A stretch of DNA of 32,000 nucleotides from Ktedonobacterales bacterium (lineage in GTDB: Bacteria > Chloroflexota > Ktedonobacteria > Ktedonobacterales > JADMIN01): positions 3,900,001 through 3,932,000 of the forward strand of contig CP126532.1 in NCBI GenBank assembly GCA_030167145.1, read 5' to 3'. A program made the position numbers and the translations under genes. The notes beneath the pieces are model-generated. The model had not been told where the DNA came from. It worked only from the letters and a program-made list of their open reading frames with translations, and ran no database searches. Shown piece by piece: positions 8,107 through 15,979 of this stretch (within the stretch, counting starts at the first letter, position 1; the number at the start of each line of letters is the position of its first letter).

Positions 8107-9417
8107 TTAGGGATAGTCGGCGAGCGGCGCGGAGGGCGTGAGCGCGAAGGCGGCGTCAATGACCACCGTGGCCGCGCCCAACGCCACTGCCAGATCACCA
8201 AGCTGGCCCGTAATCATCTTGGTGGCTGGCCAGATGACGGGTAAGGTATGACGCGCGGATTCTTCCTGCACGGCTTCGAGCAGATAGCGCCCGGTGCGCA
8301 CCGTGGCTCCTTCAAGAATGACCACTTCAGGATTGAGGATGTTTATCATCATCGCGACCGCCGCGCCGATATAGCGTCCAGCCTGCTGAAGGGCTAGACG
8401 CGCGGACATATCGCCTGCTTCGGCGGCGTGAATCACGTCGTTAATGTCGAGATCCTCGGTGTCCGCCAGTTGTGGCGAGACGCGCGCTTTGGGCGCCACA
8501 CGCGCTAATGACTTGCCCAGGCTGGCGTCCGCAATGATCGCGCTGTTGTTCGCCAGGGTTTCGAGGCAGCCACGTTTGCCGCAGATGCATAACGGGCCAT
8601 CGTCGAGCAGTTGCAAGTGGCCAATCTCCCCGGCTGCTCCCATTGCGCCGCGATAGATCTGCTGGTTGCGAATCAGGCCGCAGCCGATGCCCTGATTGAT
8701 GGTGATGTAGACGAAGTCGCTGAATGGCACGCCGACACCATAGCGACCTTCGCTCACTGCGGCGAGATTGGCATTGTTGTCTACATAGACGGGCACCTCG
8801 AATTGCTGCGAGAGCGTTGCGGCGATGTCTATGCCCTCCCAAGAATGCTCGCCAAGTGGGAACAATATCGAGCGGGTGCGCGAATCTATCGGCGCCGATA
8901 TGCCGACGCCAATGCCCAGTATGTGGTCCCATTGCAATTCGGAACGCGCCATGAAGATACGGATGGCGGCGCTGAGCATGGCCAGACAGGTATGGGGAGG
9001 CGTGGTGAAATCAAATGGCTCATTCCAGACAGATTTCACCTGGCCAGTCAGGTTGGTGGTGATGAGCGTGAGCGAGGTGTAGCCTACCTCGATGCCGAGC
9101 ACCAGCCCCAAATCTTCGTTGAAATGCACGAGGATCGGACGACGCCCGCCGGTGGCGGGGGCATCAATGAAGTCGCCCTCGGTCACTAGGCTATCTTGTA
9201 AGAGTTGATCAATGATGCTGCTGACGGTTGTCTTGGAGAGGCCGGTTTGTTGCGCGAGCGCGACGCGAGCGGCAGGTCCTTGTAAGCGCACGGAATTCAG
9301 CACGAGCAAATGATTGTATTCCCGCAGGGTGCGATAGTCCGCGCCTTGCAAGAGCACATCCTTTCCCGTATCGCGCGCCAGCATTTCAGTTCGAAGTCGT
9401 TGAACGATAGAACTCAC
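8107..9417 (-). CDS. ROK-family transcriptional repressor (N-terminal winged HTH plus ROK sugar-kinase-like domain; XylR/NagC-like)
   Basis: HTH region ARVALAQQTGLSKTTVSSIIDQLL. ROK zinc motif GHLQL...CICGKRGCLETLAN. GTG start at 9417, with a downstream ATG (MLARD...) as an alternative. Confidence 0.85.
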   Translation of the reverse strand: MSSIVQRLRTEMLARDTGKDVLLQGADYRTLREYNHLLVLNSVRLQGPAARVALAQQTGLSKTTVSSIIDQLLQDSLVTEGDFIDAPATGGRRPILVHFNEDLGLVLGIEVGYTSLTLITTNLTGQVKSVWNEPFDFTTPPHTCLAMLSAAIRIFMARSELQWDHILGIGVGISAPIDSRTRSILFPLGEHSWEGIDIAATLSQQFEVPVYVDNNANLAAVSEGRYGVGVPFSDFVYITINQGIGCGLIRNQQIYRGAMGAAGEIGHLQLLDDGPLCICGKRGCLETLANNSAIIADASLGKSLARVAPKARVSPQLADTEDLDINDVIHAAEAGDMSARLALQQAGRYIGAAVAMMINILNPEVVILEGATVRTGRYLLEAVQEESARHTLPVIWPATKMITGQLGDLAVALGAATVVIDAAFALTPSAPLADYP

Positions 9418-9442
9418 TCGCGTATCACTCCAGCCGCTTATT

Positions 9443-9453
9443 TGTCACTGACA
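9443..9453. promoter_or_regulatory. small palindrome TGTCA-C-TGACA just upstream of the ROK gene start
   Basis: 5-1-5 palindrome 26 nt upstream of the GTG at 9417, in the 78-nt gap after the oxidoreductase gene. Candidate autoregulatory site only. Confidence 0.15.
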
Positions 9454-9495
9454 GGTCAGGCCACGGGACCACACCATCAGACGTAACAGGCGATG

Positions 9496-10563
9496 CTATT
9501 CTTCTTTCATATGGATCACCAGATGTTCATGAGCGCTCTGCTGGGCGGCTTCAATCACGCGCTGGGTCAGCATTGCCTCGGCGAGCGTCACTGGCGGTGG
9601 TGCGCCCGTGCTCAATGCGACACTGACCTGGCGATAGAAGGTCTCGTATGCGCCAGGGAGTGTCTCGATGGCGCCATCGAAGATGATGCCGTCGCGTTCG
9701 GTCAGCAATTTGCCCCATTGGTCGCGTGGATCTTCGCCCCAGTGGGGCATGCCCGGCCGTTGCCCCTGGCGCAGCGCATCTTCCTGCGGGTCCAGGCCAT
9801 ACTTTACGTAGGCGCCGCGCAGGCCGCGCACACTGAATCGTGGGCCAGCGATGCGCGCAACCTGCGAGAAGTAGAGATGCACAGTGACGCCATTGGAGCA
9901 TTCTAGCGCAATGAAGCTATCATCATCTACCAGTGAAGTGGGACGTTTGCTAGGCAATTCGGCATAGACCGTCTGGGGAGGGCCGAAAAGTTGGAGCGCC
10001 TGATCAATCAGGTGGCTGCCCAGATCATAGAGCAGTCCGCCGCCTCCGTTGGCGCCGTCGTCGCGCCATGCGCCCTTTGGCGCGGGACGGTAGCGATCAA
10101 AGTGCGATTCATAGCTCGCAATCGGGCCGAGCCAGTCATGCTGAATGAGATGACGCACGGTCAAGAAGTCGCCATCCCAGCGGCGATTCTGAAACGGGAA
10201 AACAGGCTTGCCCGTTTCCTGGCTCAGAGCTATCAGGTTGTGGACCTCTTGGACGGTGAGCGCAAGCGGCTTGTCAATGACCACAGGCAATCCCGCCCGC
10301 AGCGCGGCTATTCCCAGTGGCGCATGCCAGCGATTCGGTGTGGTGATGACCACCACGTCGAACTGCTCTGGCAGCGCCCAGATGTCGTCAGCCGAGGCGA
10401 ACACGGTCGCGTCTGGATAGGCGGTGCGCGCTCTGCGCTGGCGCTCAGGATCGCTGGTGACAATGGCGGCCACCGTCATCCCCGGCGTGGAGGCGACGAG
10501 GGGCGCGTGAAAGACTTCCCCACCAAGGCCGAAGCCGATGATGGCGACTCGTAGAGTGCGCAT
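9496..10563 (-). CDS. Gfo/Idh/MocA-family NAD(P)-dependent oxidoreductase
   Basis: MRTLRVAIIGFGLGGEVFHAPL Rossmann N-terminus, DKPLALT motif, and a C-terminal alpha/beta domain. ATG 10563 has GAGG upstream. An alternative start at 10617 directly abuts the permease stop (TAGATG). Confidence 0.85.
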   Translation of the reverse strand: MRTLRVAIIGFGLGGEVFHAPLVASTPGMTVAAIVTSDPERQRRARTAYPDATVFASADDIWALPEQFDVVVITTPNRWHAPLGIAALRAGLPVVIDKPLALTVQEVHNLIALSQETGKPVFPFQNRRWDGDFLTVRHLIQHDWLGPIASYESHFDRYRPAPKGAWRDDGANGGGGLLYDLGSHLIDQALQLFGPPQTVYAELPSKRPTSLVDDDSFIALECSNGVTVHLYFSQVARIAGPRFSVRGLRGAYVKYGLDPQEDALRQGQRPGMPHWGEDPRDQWGKLLTERDGIIFDGAIETLPGAYETFYRQVSVALSTGAPPPVTLAEAMLTQRVIEAAQQSAHEHLVIHMKEE

Positions 10564-10617
10564 ATTGCGGAACCTCAATGGGAACGAGGGATGCGGCTGT
10601 AGCGAAAGCTCCCCCAT

Positions 10618-11826
10618 CTACCGGCTGGGACTGGTGCTGCGGCGGCGCAAGAGCGCGTCAACGATCACCGCCAGGATGAGGACAAGACCTTCGACCATGA
10701 ATTTGATGTCATTGCCACTGCTCTTGAGATCCAGACCGTTTTGCAGGCCAACGATCACAAGCGTGCCCATAATCACAGCCCAGACCGAACCGCGCCCGCC
10801 GAACAAACTGACGCCGCCGATGACCGCCGCCGCGATGGCCTGCAAGAGGAGTGTTGGGCTGACGGCGGCATCGGCATCAGCCGTGCGTGATGCCTGAAAA
10901 ATTCCGGCTGTGGCCGCCAATACAGAGGTCAAGGCGAAGAGGGCAATGCGAATGCCATTGACGCTGATACCAGCGCGGCGCGAGGCTTCAGAATTACCGC
11001 CGATAGCGTAGACATGCTGGCCAAAGGTGGTGAATCGCAGAATGATCCAGAAGATGACGATCAACGCCAGCACGAGCATCGTCATGATAGGTACGCCAAG
11101 GTAGCTCTCGAATTGCCAGAGCGCAAGTATCACGACCAGCGCTACGACCCCAATATTGGCCGCCGTCTGCCAGAGCGGCGGAACGACAAGACCCTTGCGC
11201 TGGCGTTGTACCCGCGTATAGATGACATATGCGGCGTAGATGACGACTCCAATGATTGGCAGGCCCACTCCCACCGTATCCGGTAAGTAGTTCGCCGCGA
11301 TGCCTTTCAGGTTGGGGTCAGTAATGATCAGTGTGGTATTTGGCAGTAGCAAATGCAACAGCAAACCTTGATAGAACAATGAGGCGGCCAGCGTGACGAT
11401 GAACGAAGGCACGCGAATGATTGCCACGATGACGCCATTAATCACACCAATGAGCAGCCCAGCGCCGAGGCCAGCAAGAATCGCCGCCCACCAGGGATAA
11501 TGATGAAAGACGGAGACCACACAGGTGACGGCTCCGCAGAGATTCGCAACCACTGCCACCGAGAGGTCAATTTCGCCGATGAGCAGGACCATGATGGAGC
11601 CGAGGGCGACGGTGGCGATGACATCGCTTTGCAACGTGAGATTGCTGAGATTGCGCGCGCTAAGAAAGAGACCTGAAGTTGTTGCGTTGAAATAGAGCGC
11701 CATCAAGATCAGCGCGACGACAACTGGCACTTGTCCGAGATCTTGCTTGAAGAGGCTTCCCAGCTTGAAACCACCAGACGATGGTGGCGTTTGGTCGGTC
11801 TTAGGTGATGCCATATCGGTCTTCAT
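10618..11826 (-). CDS. sugar ABC transporter permease (CUT2 / BPD_transp_2 type, XylH/RbsC/FrcC-like)
   Basis: About 10 TM helices, typical GGxxxxGGxGS-like segment AAVIGGVSLFGGRGSVWAVIMG. The start overlaps the ATPase stop (TAATG). Confidence 0.9.
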   Translation of the reverse strand: MKTDMASPKTDQTPPSSGGFKLGSLFKQDLGQVPVVVALILMALYFNATTSGLFLSARNLSNLTLQSDVIATVALGSIMVLLIGEIDLSVAVVANLCGAVTCVVSVFHHYPWWAAILAGLGAGLLIGVINGVIVAIIRVPSFIVTLAASLFYQGLLLHLLLPNTTLIITDPNLKGIAANYLPDTVGVGLPIIGVVIYAAYVIYTRVQRQRKGLVVPPLWQTAANIGVVALVVILALWQFESYLGVPIMTMLVLALIVIFWIILRFTTFGQHVYAIGGNSEASRRAGISVNGIRIALFALTSVLAATAGIFQASRTADADAAVSPTLLLQAIAAAVIGGVSLFGGRGSVWAVIMGTLVIVGLQNGLDLKSSGNDIKFMVEGLVLILAVIVDALLRRRSTSPSR

Positions 11827-12677
11827 TATGCGCCCCTCTTCCCTTGTTCGTGCTGGTGCCCCTGAGCGTTGCCGTTGCCGGAACCATCGTCGCTTGGCGT
11901 CGTCGCAGGCCCAACACCGCCCCCCCGGCTATCGGCGTTATCACTGAATTCAGCGCCAGTGATTGCCGCTACCACTTGCTCAGTCGTCGTTGATTTGATG
12001 TCGAAGGAAGCGACACGCCGGCCGAGGCGCATGACGATGACACGATCTACCACCTCAAAGACATCCGCCAGATTGTGGGAGATGACCACAACGCCCAATC
12101 CCTGAGAACGCAAGCGCTTGATCAGATTCAAGACCTGTTTTGTTTGCGCAACGCCCAGCGCCGCCGTTGGTTCATCGAGTATGACCATTCGTGCGTTACG
12201 CAGTATCGTCTTGGCAACGGCGATGGATTGCCGTTGGCCACCTGAGAGCGTGGCGACCGGCGCGCGCACGGAGCGAATCTTGACATCCAGTTGATGCAAC
12301 ACCTCAATGGTGCGGCGTTCCATTTCATTGCTACTCATGAACGGGAGATTGTTGACGGTCTCTTCACGCCCAAGAAAGAGATTGCTCACCACATCCAAAT
12401 TGTCACAGAGCGCTAGATCCTGATATACCGTCTCGATGCCCAGGTGGTTCGCATCCTGAGGCCGTGAAACGCTTACGCGCCTGCCATCAATGAGATAATT
12501 CCCCGAATCGGCGCTATACACCCCGGCGACAATCTTAATCAGGGTGGATTTGCCAGCGCCATTATCGCCCACCAGACCGACGACTTCGCCAGCGTAGACC
12601 TCGAAGTCTACGTTTCGTAGCGCCTGCACCGCGCCAAAGGACTTGTTGACGCCTCGTAGCTGTAGGATGGGTTCCAT
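11826..12677 (-). CDS. sugar ABC transporter ATP-binding protein, single nucleotide-binding domain (FrcA-like)
   Basis: Walker A GDNGAGKST, signature LSGGQRQ, Walker B VILDEPTAAL, H-loop ISHN. There is only one NBD, plus a Gly/Ser/Asp-rich ~40-aa tail. Confidence 0.9.
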   Translation of the reverse strand: MEPILQLRGVNKSFGAVQALRNVDFEVYAGEVVGLVGDNGAGKSTLIKIVAGVYSADSGNYLIDGRRVSVSRPQDANHLGIETVYQDLALCDNLDVVSNLFLGREETVNNLPFMSSNEMERRTIEVLHQLDVKIRSVRAPVATLSGGQRQSIAVAKTILRNARMVILDEPTAALGVAQTKQVLNLIKRLRSQGLGVVVISHNLADVFEVVDRVIVMRLGRRVASFDIKSTTTEQVVAAITGAEFSDNADSRGGGVGPATTPSDDGSGNGNAQGHQHEQGKRGA

Positions 12678-12799
12678 GAAGCGCGCACCCCCTTTGTTCG
12701 ACTGCCACTCCGCGAGTCTTTGCCCTGACAGGGGCTACGGAATCCCTGCCAGATCCGTCGTTTGTGCCGTCTCGGATATCAGGCTACCGATACGTGAAC

Positions 12800-12829
12800 G
12801 GGAAGCAAAAACGCTTGGCTTTGCTTCCC
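12800..12829 (-). other. intercistronic stem-loop (10-bp perfect stem GGGAAGCAAA / TTTGCTTCCC) between SBP and ATPase genes
   Basis: Read directly. It lies in the 210-nt gap after the SBP stop. This fits the common partial-terminator or mRNA-stabiliser arrangement that raises SBP stoichiometry. Confidence 0.5.
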
Positions 12830-12887
12830 GCTCGATCTGCTGCGTTATCGCTCGCATTCTACGATAAACGCTACCAAGATACTACTA

Positions 12888-14027
12888 TTACGGGCAGGTA
12901 ATCGCCCCGGCCCCTGAGCCATACGTGCCGGCAGGGATGCCATTGCACAGGTCGGCATGCGTGATGAACCCATCGGCGATGACGGTGCTGGCTACGTTGC
13001 TGATGTCTACAGACTCCACCTGCTCCAACACAGACGGGATATTCGTGCCGCTGTAGGCCGTTTGCCCGTTCACGATGGAAGAGGTGCTGGTGCCTTTGCT
13101 GAGCGCGGCGACCAGGTCAGCGGTGCCCTGGGCTTCTTTGATGATCGGCTTGTAGACCGTCATGGATTGGTTGCCAAGCAGGATCTGCTGCACGCCCGCG
13201 ACCGTTGCATCCTGGCCGGTGACCAGCACTTTGCCGTTGAGGTGCTGCGCGGTCAGGGCCTGGATGACGGTTCCGGCCATGCCGTCATTGGCGACATAGG
13301 CGATGGCGATCTTGTTGCCATTGGCGGTGAGCGCCTGCTCCATCTCGTTCTGGGCCGCTGGATTGTCCCAGTTCGGGGTGAAGGTCTCATAGGCGGACTT
13401 CAGGCTGCCAGCCTGGATTAGCGGATCGAGCACCTGATGCACGCCCTGCTTGAACAGAAGGGCATTGTTATCGGTCTGTGCGCCATCAATGAAGTAGATA
13501 TTATTGTTGCCGTTGGCCTGGACGTACTGCTGATAATGGGCAGAGATATAGTTGCCCTGGTTCACGCCCACCGAGACGTTGTCGAACGAGACGTAGTAGT
13601 CGAGGGACGTGTCGTTGATGAGACGATCATAGGCGATGACCGGCACGTGAGATTGGTGCGCCTGCTGGACAATCTGCGCTGCGGCGGAGCTGCTGTGGGG
13701 GGCGACAACGAGAATGCAGTCGCCGGCAGTCAGGTCAGCCTGGGCCTGGTTGAGCTGTGTGGTATCATCGCCGTTGGCGTTGGTGACTGTCACCTGCGCG
13801 CCGGGGAGCGCCGTCTTGATCGCCTGTTCGAGCAGCGGATGATCTTTGCTCTCCCAGCGCGCCGACGAAGCGCTCTCTGGGAGCAAGACGCCGATTTTCA
13901 TGCAGCCCTTGGGGCCGGCGGCACTCGTCGAGCCACTGGTGCTGCCGCAGGCGGCCAGCGCCAGCATGGCAATCAGTCCGAACGAAATGAAAGCGCCAGA
14001 TAGGGGGCGTTTGAGGCTCAATGGCAT
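12888..14027 (-). CDS. sugar ABC transporter substrate-binding lipoprotein (periplasmic-binding-protein type I, XylF/FrcB-like)
   Basis: MPLSLKRPLSGAFISFGLIAMLALAAC lipobox. PBP-I pattern IGVLLPES...VIAYDR...DG. ATG 14027 has GGAGGA about 10 nt upstream. The in-frame ATG at 14045 and the ORF-track start at 14213 are less supported. Confidence 0.85.
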   Translation of the reverse strand: MPLSLKRPLSGAFISFGLIAMLALAACGSTSGSTSAAGPKGCMKIGVLLPESASSARWESKDHPLLEQAIKTALPGAQVTVTNANGDDTTQLNQAQADLTAGDCILVVAPHSSSAAAQIVQQAHQSHVPVIAYDRLINDTSLDYYVSFDNVSVGVNQGNYISAHYQQYVQANGNNNIYFIDGAQTDNNALLFKQGVHQVLDPLIQAGSLKSAYETFTPNWDNPAAQNEMEQALTANGNKIAIAYVANDGMAGTVIQALTAQHLNGKVLVTGQDATVAGVQQILLGNQSMTVYKPIIKEAQGTADLVAALSKGTSTSSIVNGQTAYSGTNIPSVLEQVESVDISNVASTVIADGFITHADLCNGIPAGTYGSGAGAITCP

Positions 14028-14131
14028 GGTCTGATGTTCCTCCATCGGTTCTGCTTCGCAGCAGATCGCAATCGCGCTAGCAACGCTAGCAGGGAAGTCA
14101 CACGAGCGTTCCGCGGTATTCTGCGGCGCCG

Positions 14132-14157
14132 ATGCCGAGTCGAAATGCCGAGTTGAA
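14132..14157. repeat. 2 x 13-nt tandem direct repeat ATGCCGAGTCGAA / ATGCCGAGTTGAA in the operon leader region
   Basis: Read directly; 12 of 13 positions identical; about 105-130 nt upstream of the SBP start. Confidence 0.9.
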
Positions 14158-14171
14158 AAGAATAGCCAGAA

Positions 14172-14187
14172 ACAGTTCAGAAACTGT
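14172..14187. promoter_or_regulatory. inverted repeat ACAGTT-caga-AACTGT, candidate operator upstream of the ABC operon
   Basis: 6-4-6 perfect inverted repeat about 145 nt upstream of the SBP start codon. A ROK repressor is encoded at the distal end of the operon. The association is inference only. Confidence 0.2.
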
Positions 14188-14376
14188 AACGAACGAACCC
14201 CCACCTCCTCCACGGCGTCGAAGCCGCTGGCCGCTAGTGTGGCGCACTCCGCCGATCTCCTGCTGAAGGGATAGCCGGTGAATGGCCGTGATGTGGATTG
14301 ACGAGAAGCCAGAACGCCAGTATCGCCGTCACCGATGCGTCATCTGCCTATAGATGACCTGACTGGCTTACGGGCA

Positions 14377-14405
14377 ATGGTACACAACCTTTTTTAGTTA
14401 GTCAA
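14377..14405 (-). promoter_or_regulatory. candidate sigma70-like promoter for the ABC operon (TTGACT - 17 nt - TACCAT on the minus strand)
   Basis: -35 is the reverse complement of 14400-14405, -10 is the reverse complement of 14377-14382, with exactly 17-nt spacing. It would give a ~340-nt leader. No experimental support. Confidence 0.25.
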
Positions 14406-14541
14406 GTGGACAAACCAGTTTCGCCGAAATCCAGTGTAAAATGCGCGAAAATACGTACCGTGCGTCAGTTCTTATGCACTGATAGGGCTTTTTTCGCTGA
14501 CGTGGTGAGCAGAAATACATGCAATCTGGAGGAGTACGACC

Positions 14542-14709
14542 ATGTTTTCGCGTCACCATCTGGCGCGTGAATACAGTGGCTATTTCAGGCATGACGGGCA
14601 AGGCGGTCGCTCATACCTGGTGTTGGCAGGCTTCTTTCGCTTGGCGGGCGAGCGCTACGCGAATGCTGTCTTCTGTGCTTTCTTTGACTTAGTTTTGCGT
14701 CGTGACTAA
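14542..14709 (+). CDS. candidate small protein (55 aa), not in the ORF track
   Basis: GGAGGAG lies 7 nt upstream of ATG 14542. Translation: MFSRHHLAREYSGYFRHDGQGGRSYLVLAGFFRLAGERYANAVFCAFFDLVLRRD, then TAA at 14707-14709. Convergent with the acyltransferase gene. No family recognised. Confidence 0.3.
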   Translation: MFSRHHLAREYSGYFRHDGQGGRSYLVLAGFFRLAGERYANAVFCAFFDLVLRRD

Positions 14710-14715
14710 CCTGTG

Positions 14716-15609
14716 TCATGTCATGCTCGCCTGCGCCGCAACAGCGGGATATGAAGAGGATGTCGGCTGCTTCGACACGCCTTCCGCTTTGGCTCGCTCC
14801 ATTTCACCCGTGGCTTCACTCAGCCCGTAGCCGCTTTCGATCAGCTCTTTCAGCCGCTGCGTGAAGCGCGCGGCGGGTGCGCCATCCACAATGTCGTGAT
14901 CCACGCTGATCGTCAGGATCAGATACTCGCGGGCGTCGGTGTGGCCGTCCACCATGACCTGCTTCTCGCCAATACCTCCCACCGTTAGCATGAGCGCCGT
15001 CGGCGAGGAGGCAGGGATGCCCCAACCAGCGCCATTGCCAAACATGCCCACGGACGTGATGCCTACCGTCCCTATAGTGTTCTTCCACAGGCGCGGACGC
15101 CTCCGCCCGATTCGGGTGAAGGCCCAGACGAATGAGTTGTACAGTGCGCTTGGCAACAGCGAGAGTAACCGGTATCGTGTGAGGACGCGGCGCACGTCCG
15201 CCTTCTGGGCCGCCCGGATTTCGTCATGTAGCTCGCGGAACGTCTTATGATTCGCGGCGCGGATGATGTAGGGAATGACGTACTTCTTGCCGGCCACGTC
15301 GCGCTCGATGCGGGTGTTGATGTCCACATCCCCGAACAAGACGAGATGCTTCCCGCCCTGGCGAAACGCTTGCACGGCTTTGTACTCGTCAACGGCTTTG
15401 GCCAGGCTGGTGGCGAGGAACGCGGTGAACGACAGGGTTTCCCCGGTCTTTGCCCTGTGTGCGCGCAGCATCGTGCGCGCCCTGGTCACGTCCACTTCGA
15501 GCAAGCCGTGGATTATGGGCTTGTGGCGGACGGACCGGTTGGCGGCCGCCGCAAACCGCCAGTATTTCGGGTATGGAATCACCTGCGCGTCGGTATGTCG
15601 CTGTTTCAT
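14716..15609 (-). CDS. stand-alone 2-oxoacid dehydrogenase E2-type acyltransferase catalytic domain protein (no lipoyl or E1/E3-binding domains)
   Basis: Catalytic motif VDHDIVDGAPAARF (DHxxxDG). ATG 15609 (MKQRHTDAQ...) has AAGGAG 7 nt upstream. The ORF-track start at 15693 is unsupported. Confidence 0.8.
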   Translation of the reverse strand: MKQRHTDAQVIPYPKYWRFAAAANRSVRHKPIIHGLLEVDVTRARTMLRAHRAKTGETLSFTAFLATSLAKAVDEYKAVQAFRQGGKHLVLFGDVDINTRIERDVAGKKYVIPYIIRAANHKTFRELHDEIRAAQKADVRRVLTRYRLLSLLPSALYNSFVWAFTRIGRRRPRLWKNTIGTVGITSVGMFGNGAGWGIPASSPTALMLTVGGIGEKQVMVDGHTDAREYLILTISVDHDIVDGAPAARFTQRLKELIESGYGLSEATGEMERAKAEGVSKQPTSSSYPAVAAQASMT

Positions 15610-15815
15610 GGTCCGTCTCCTTCCCGCCGGTAAGACAAGGCGTCCGATGCCATCCGCATCGCATCGCGCCCATGAGGATCTGGAATAGAGCATCTGAGTA
15701 TGGAGTGAACTGCATGGAGGTCACGAGAACATCACAATGGGGCGGCGCGTGCTCACAGCGCGAACAAGGCCCGTGGAATGGCTCGCCATGTCACTTTGCG
15801 CGTCTCAGCGCCTTT

Positions 15816-15829
15816 GGGCACATGTGCCC
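15816..15829. repeat. perfect 14-bp palindrome GGGCACATGTGCCC in the 370-nt intergenic region
   Basis: Read directly. It lies about 207 nt upstream of the acyltransferase start and about 150 nt downstream of the WD40 gene stop. Confidence 0.9.
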
Positions 15830-15979
15830 GCACAAGAGAGACCAGGACGGCGATACGGTAAGACGAACACAGGCTTGCATACGGCGTACTGGCGCTGAGA
15901 TCGTCTGGAAATTGGCAGGTTGGCGCGAATATGTATGAGATGAGGTATATCTGCACGCGGTGGCACACTGAAGCGTGGC

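Noticed and set aside
14398-14601. 67-aa minus-strand ORF in the intergenic region
   Set aside because: It has no Shine-Dalgarno sequence and overlaps both the better-supported plus-strand 55-codon ORF and the candidate promoter. Its composition is atypical.
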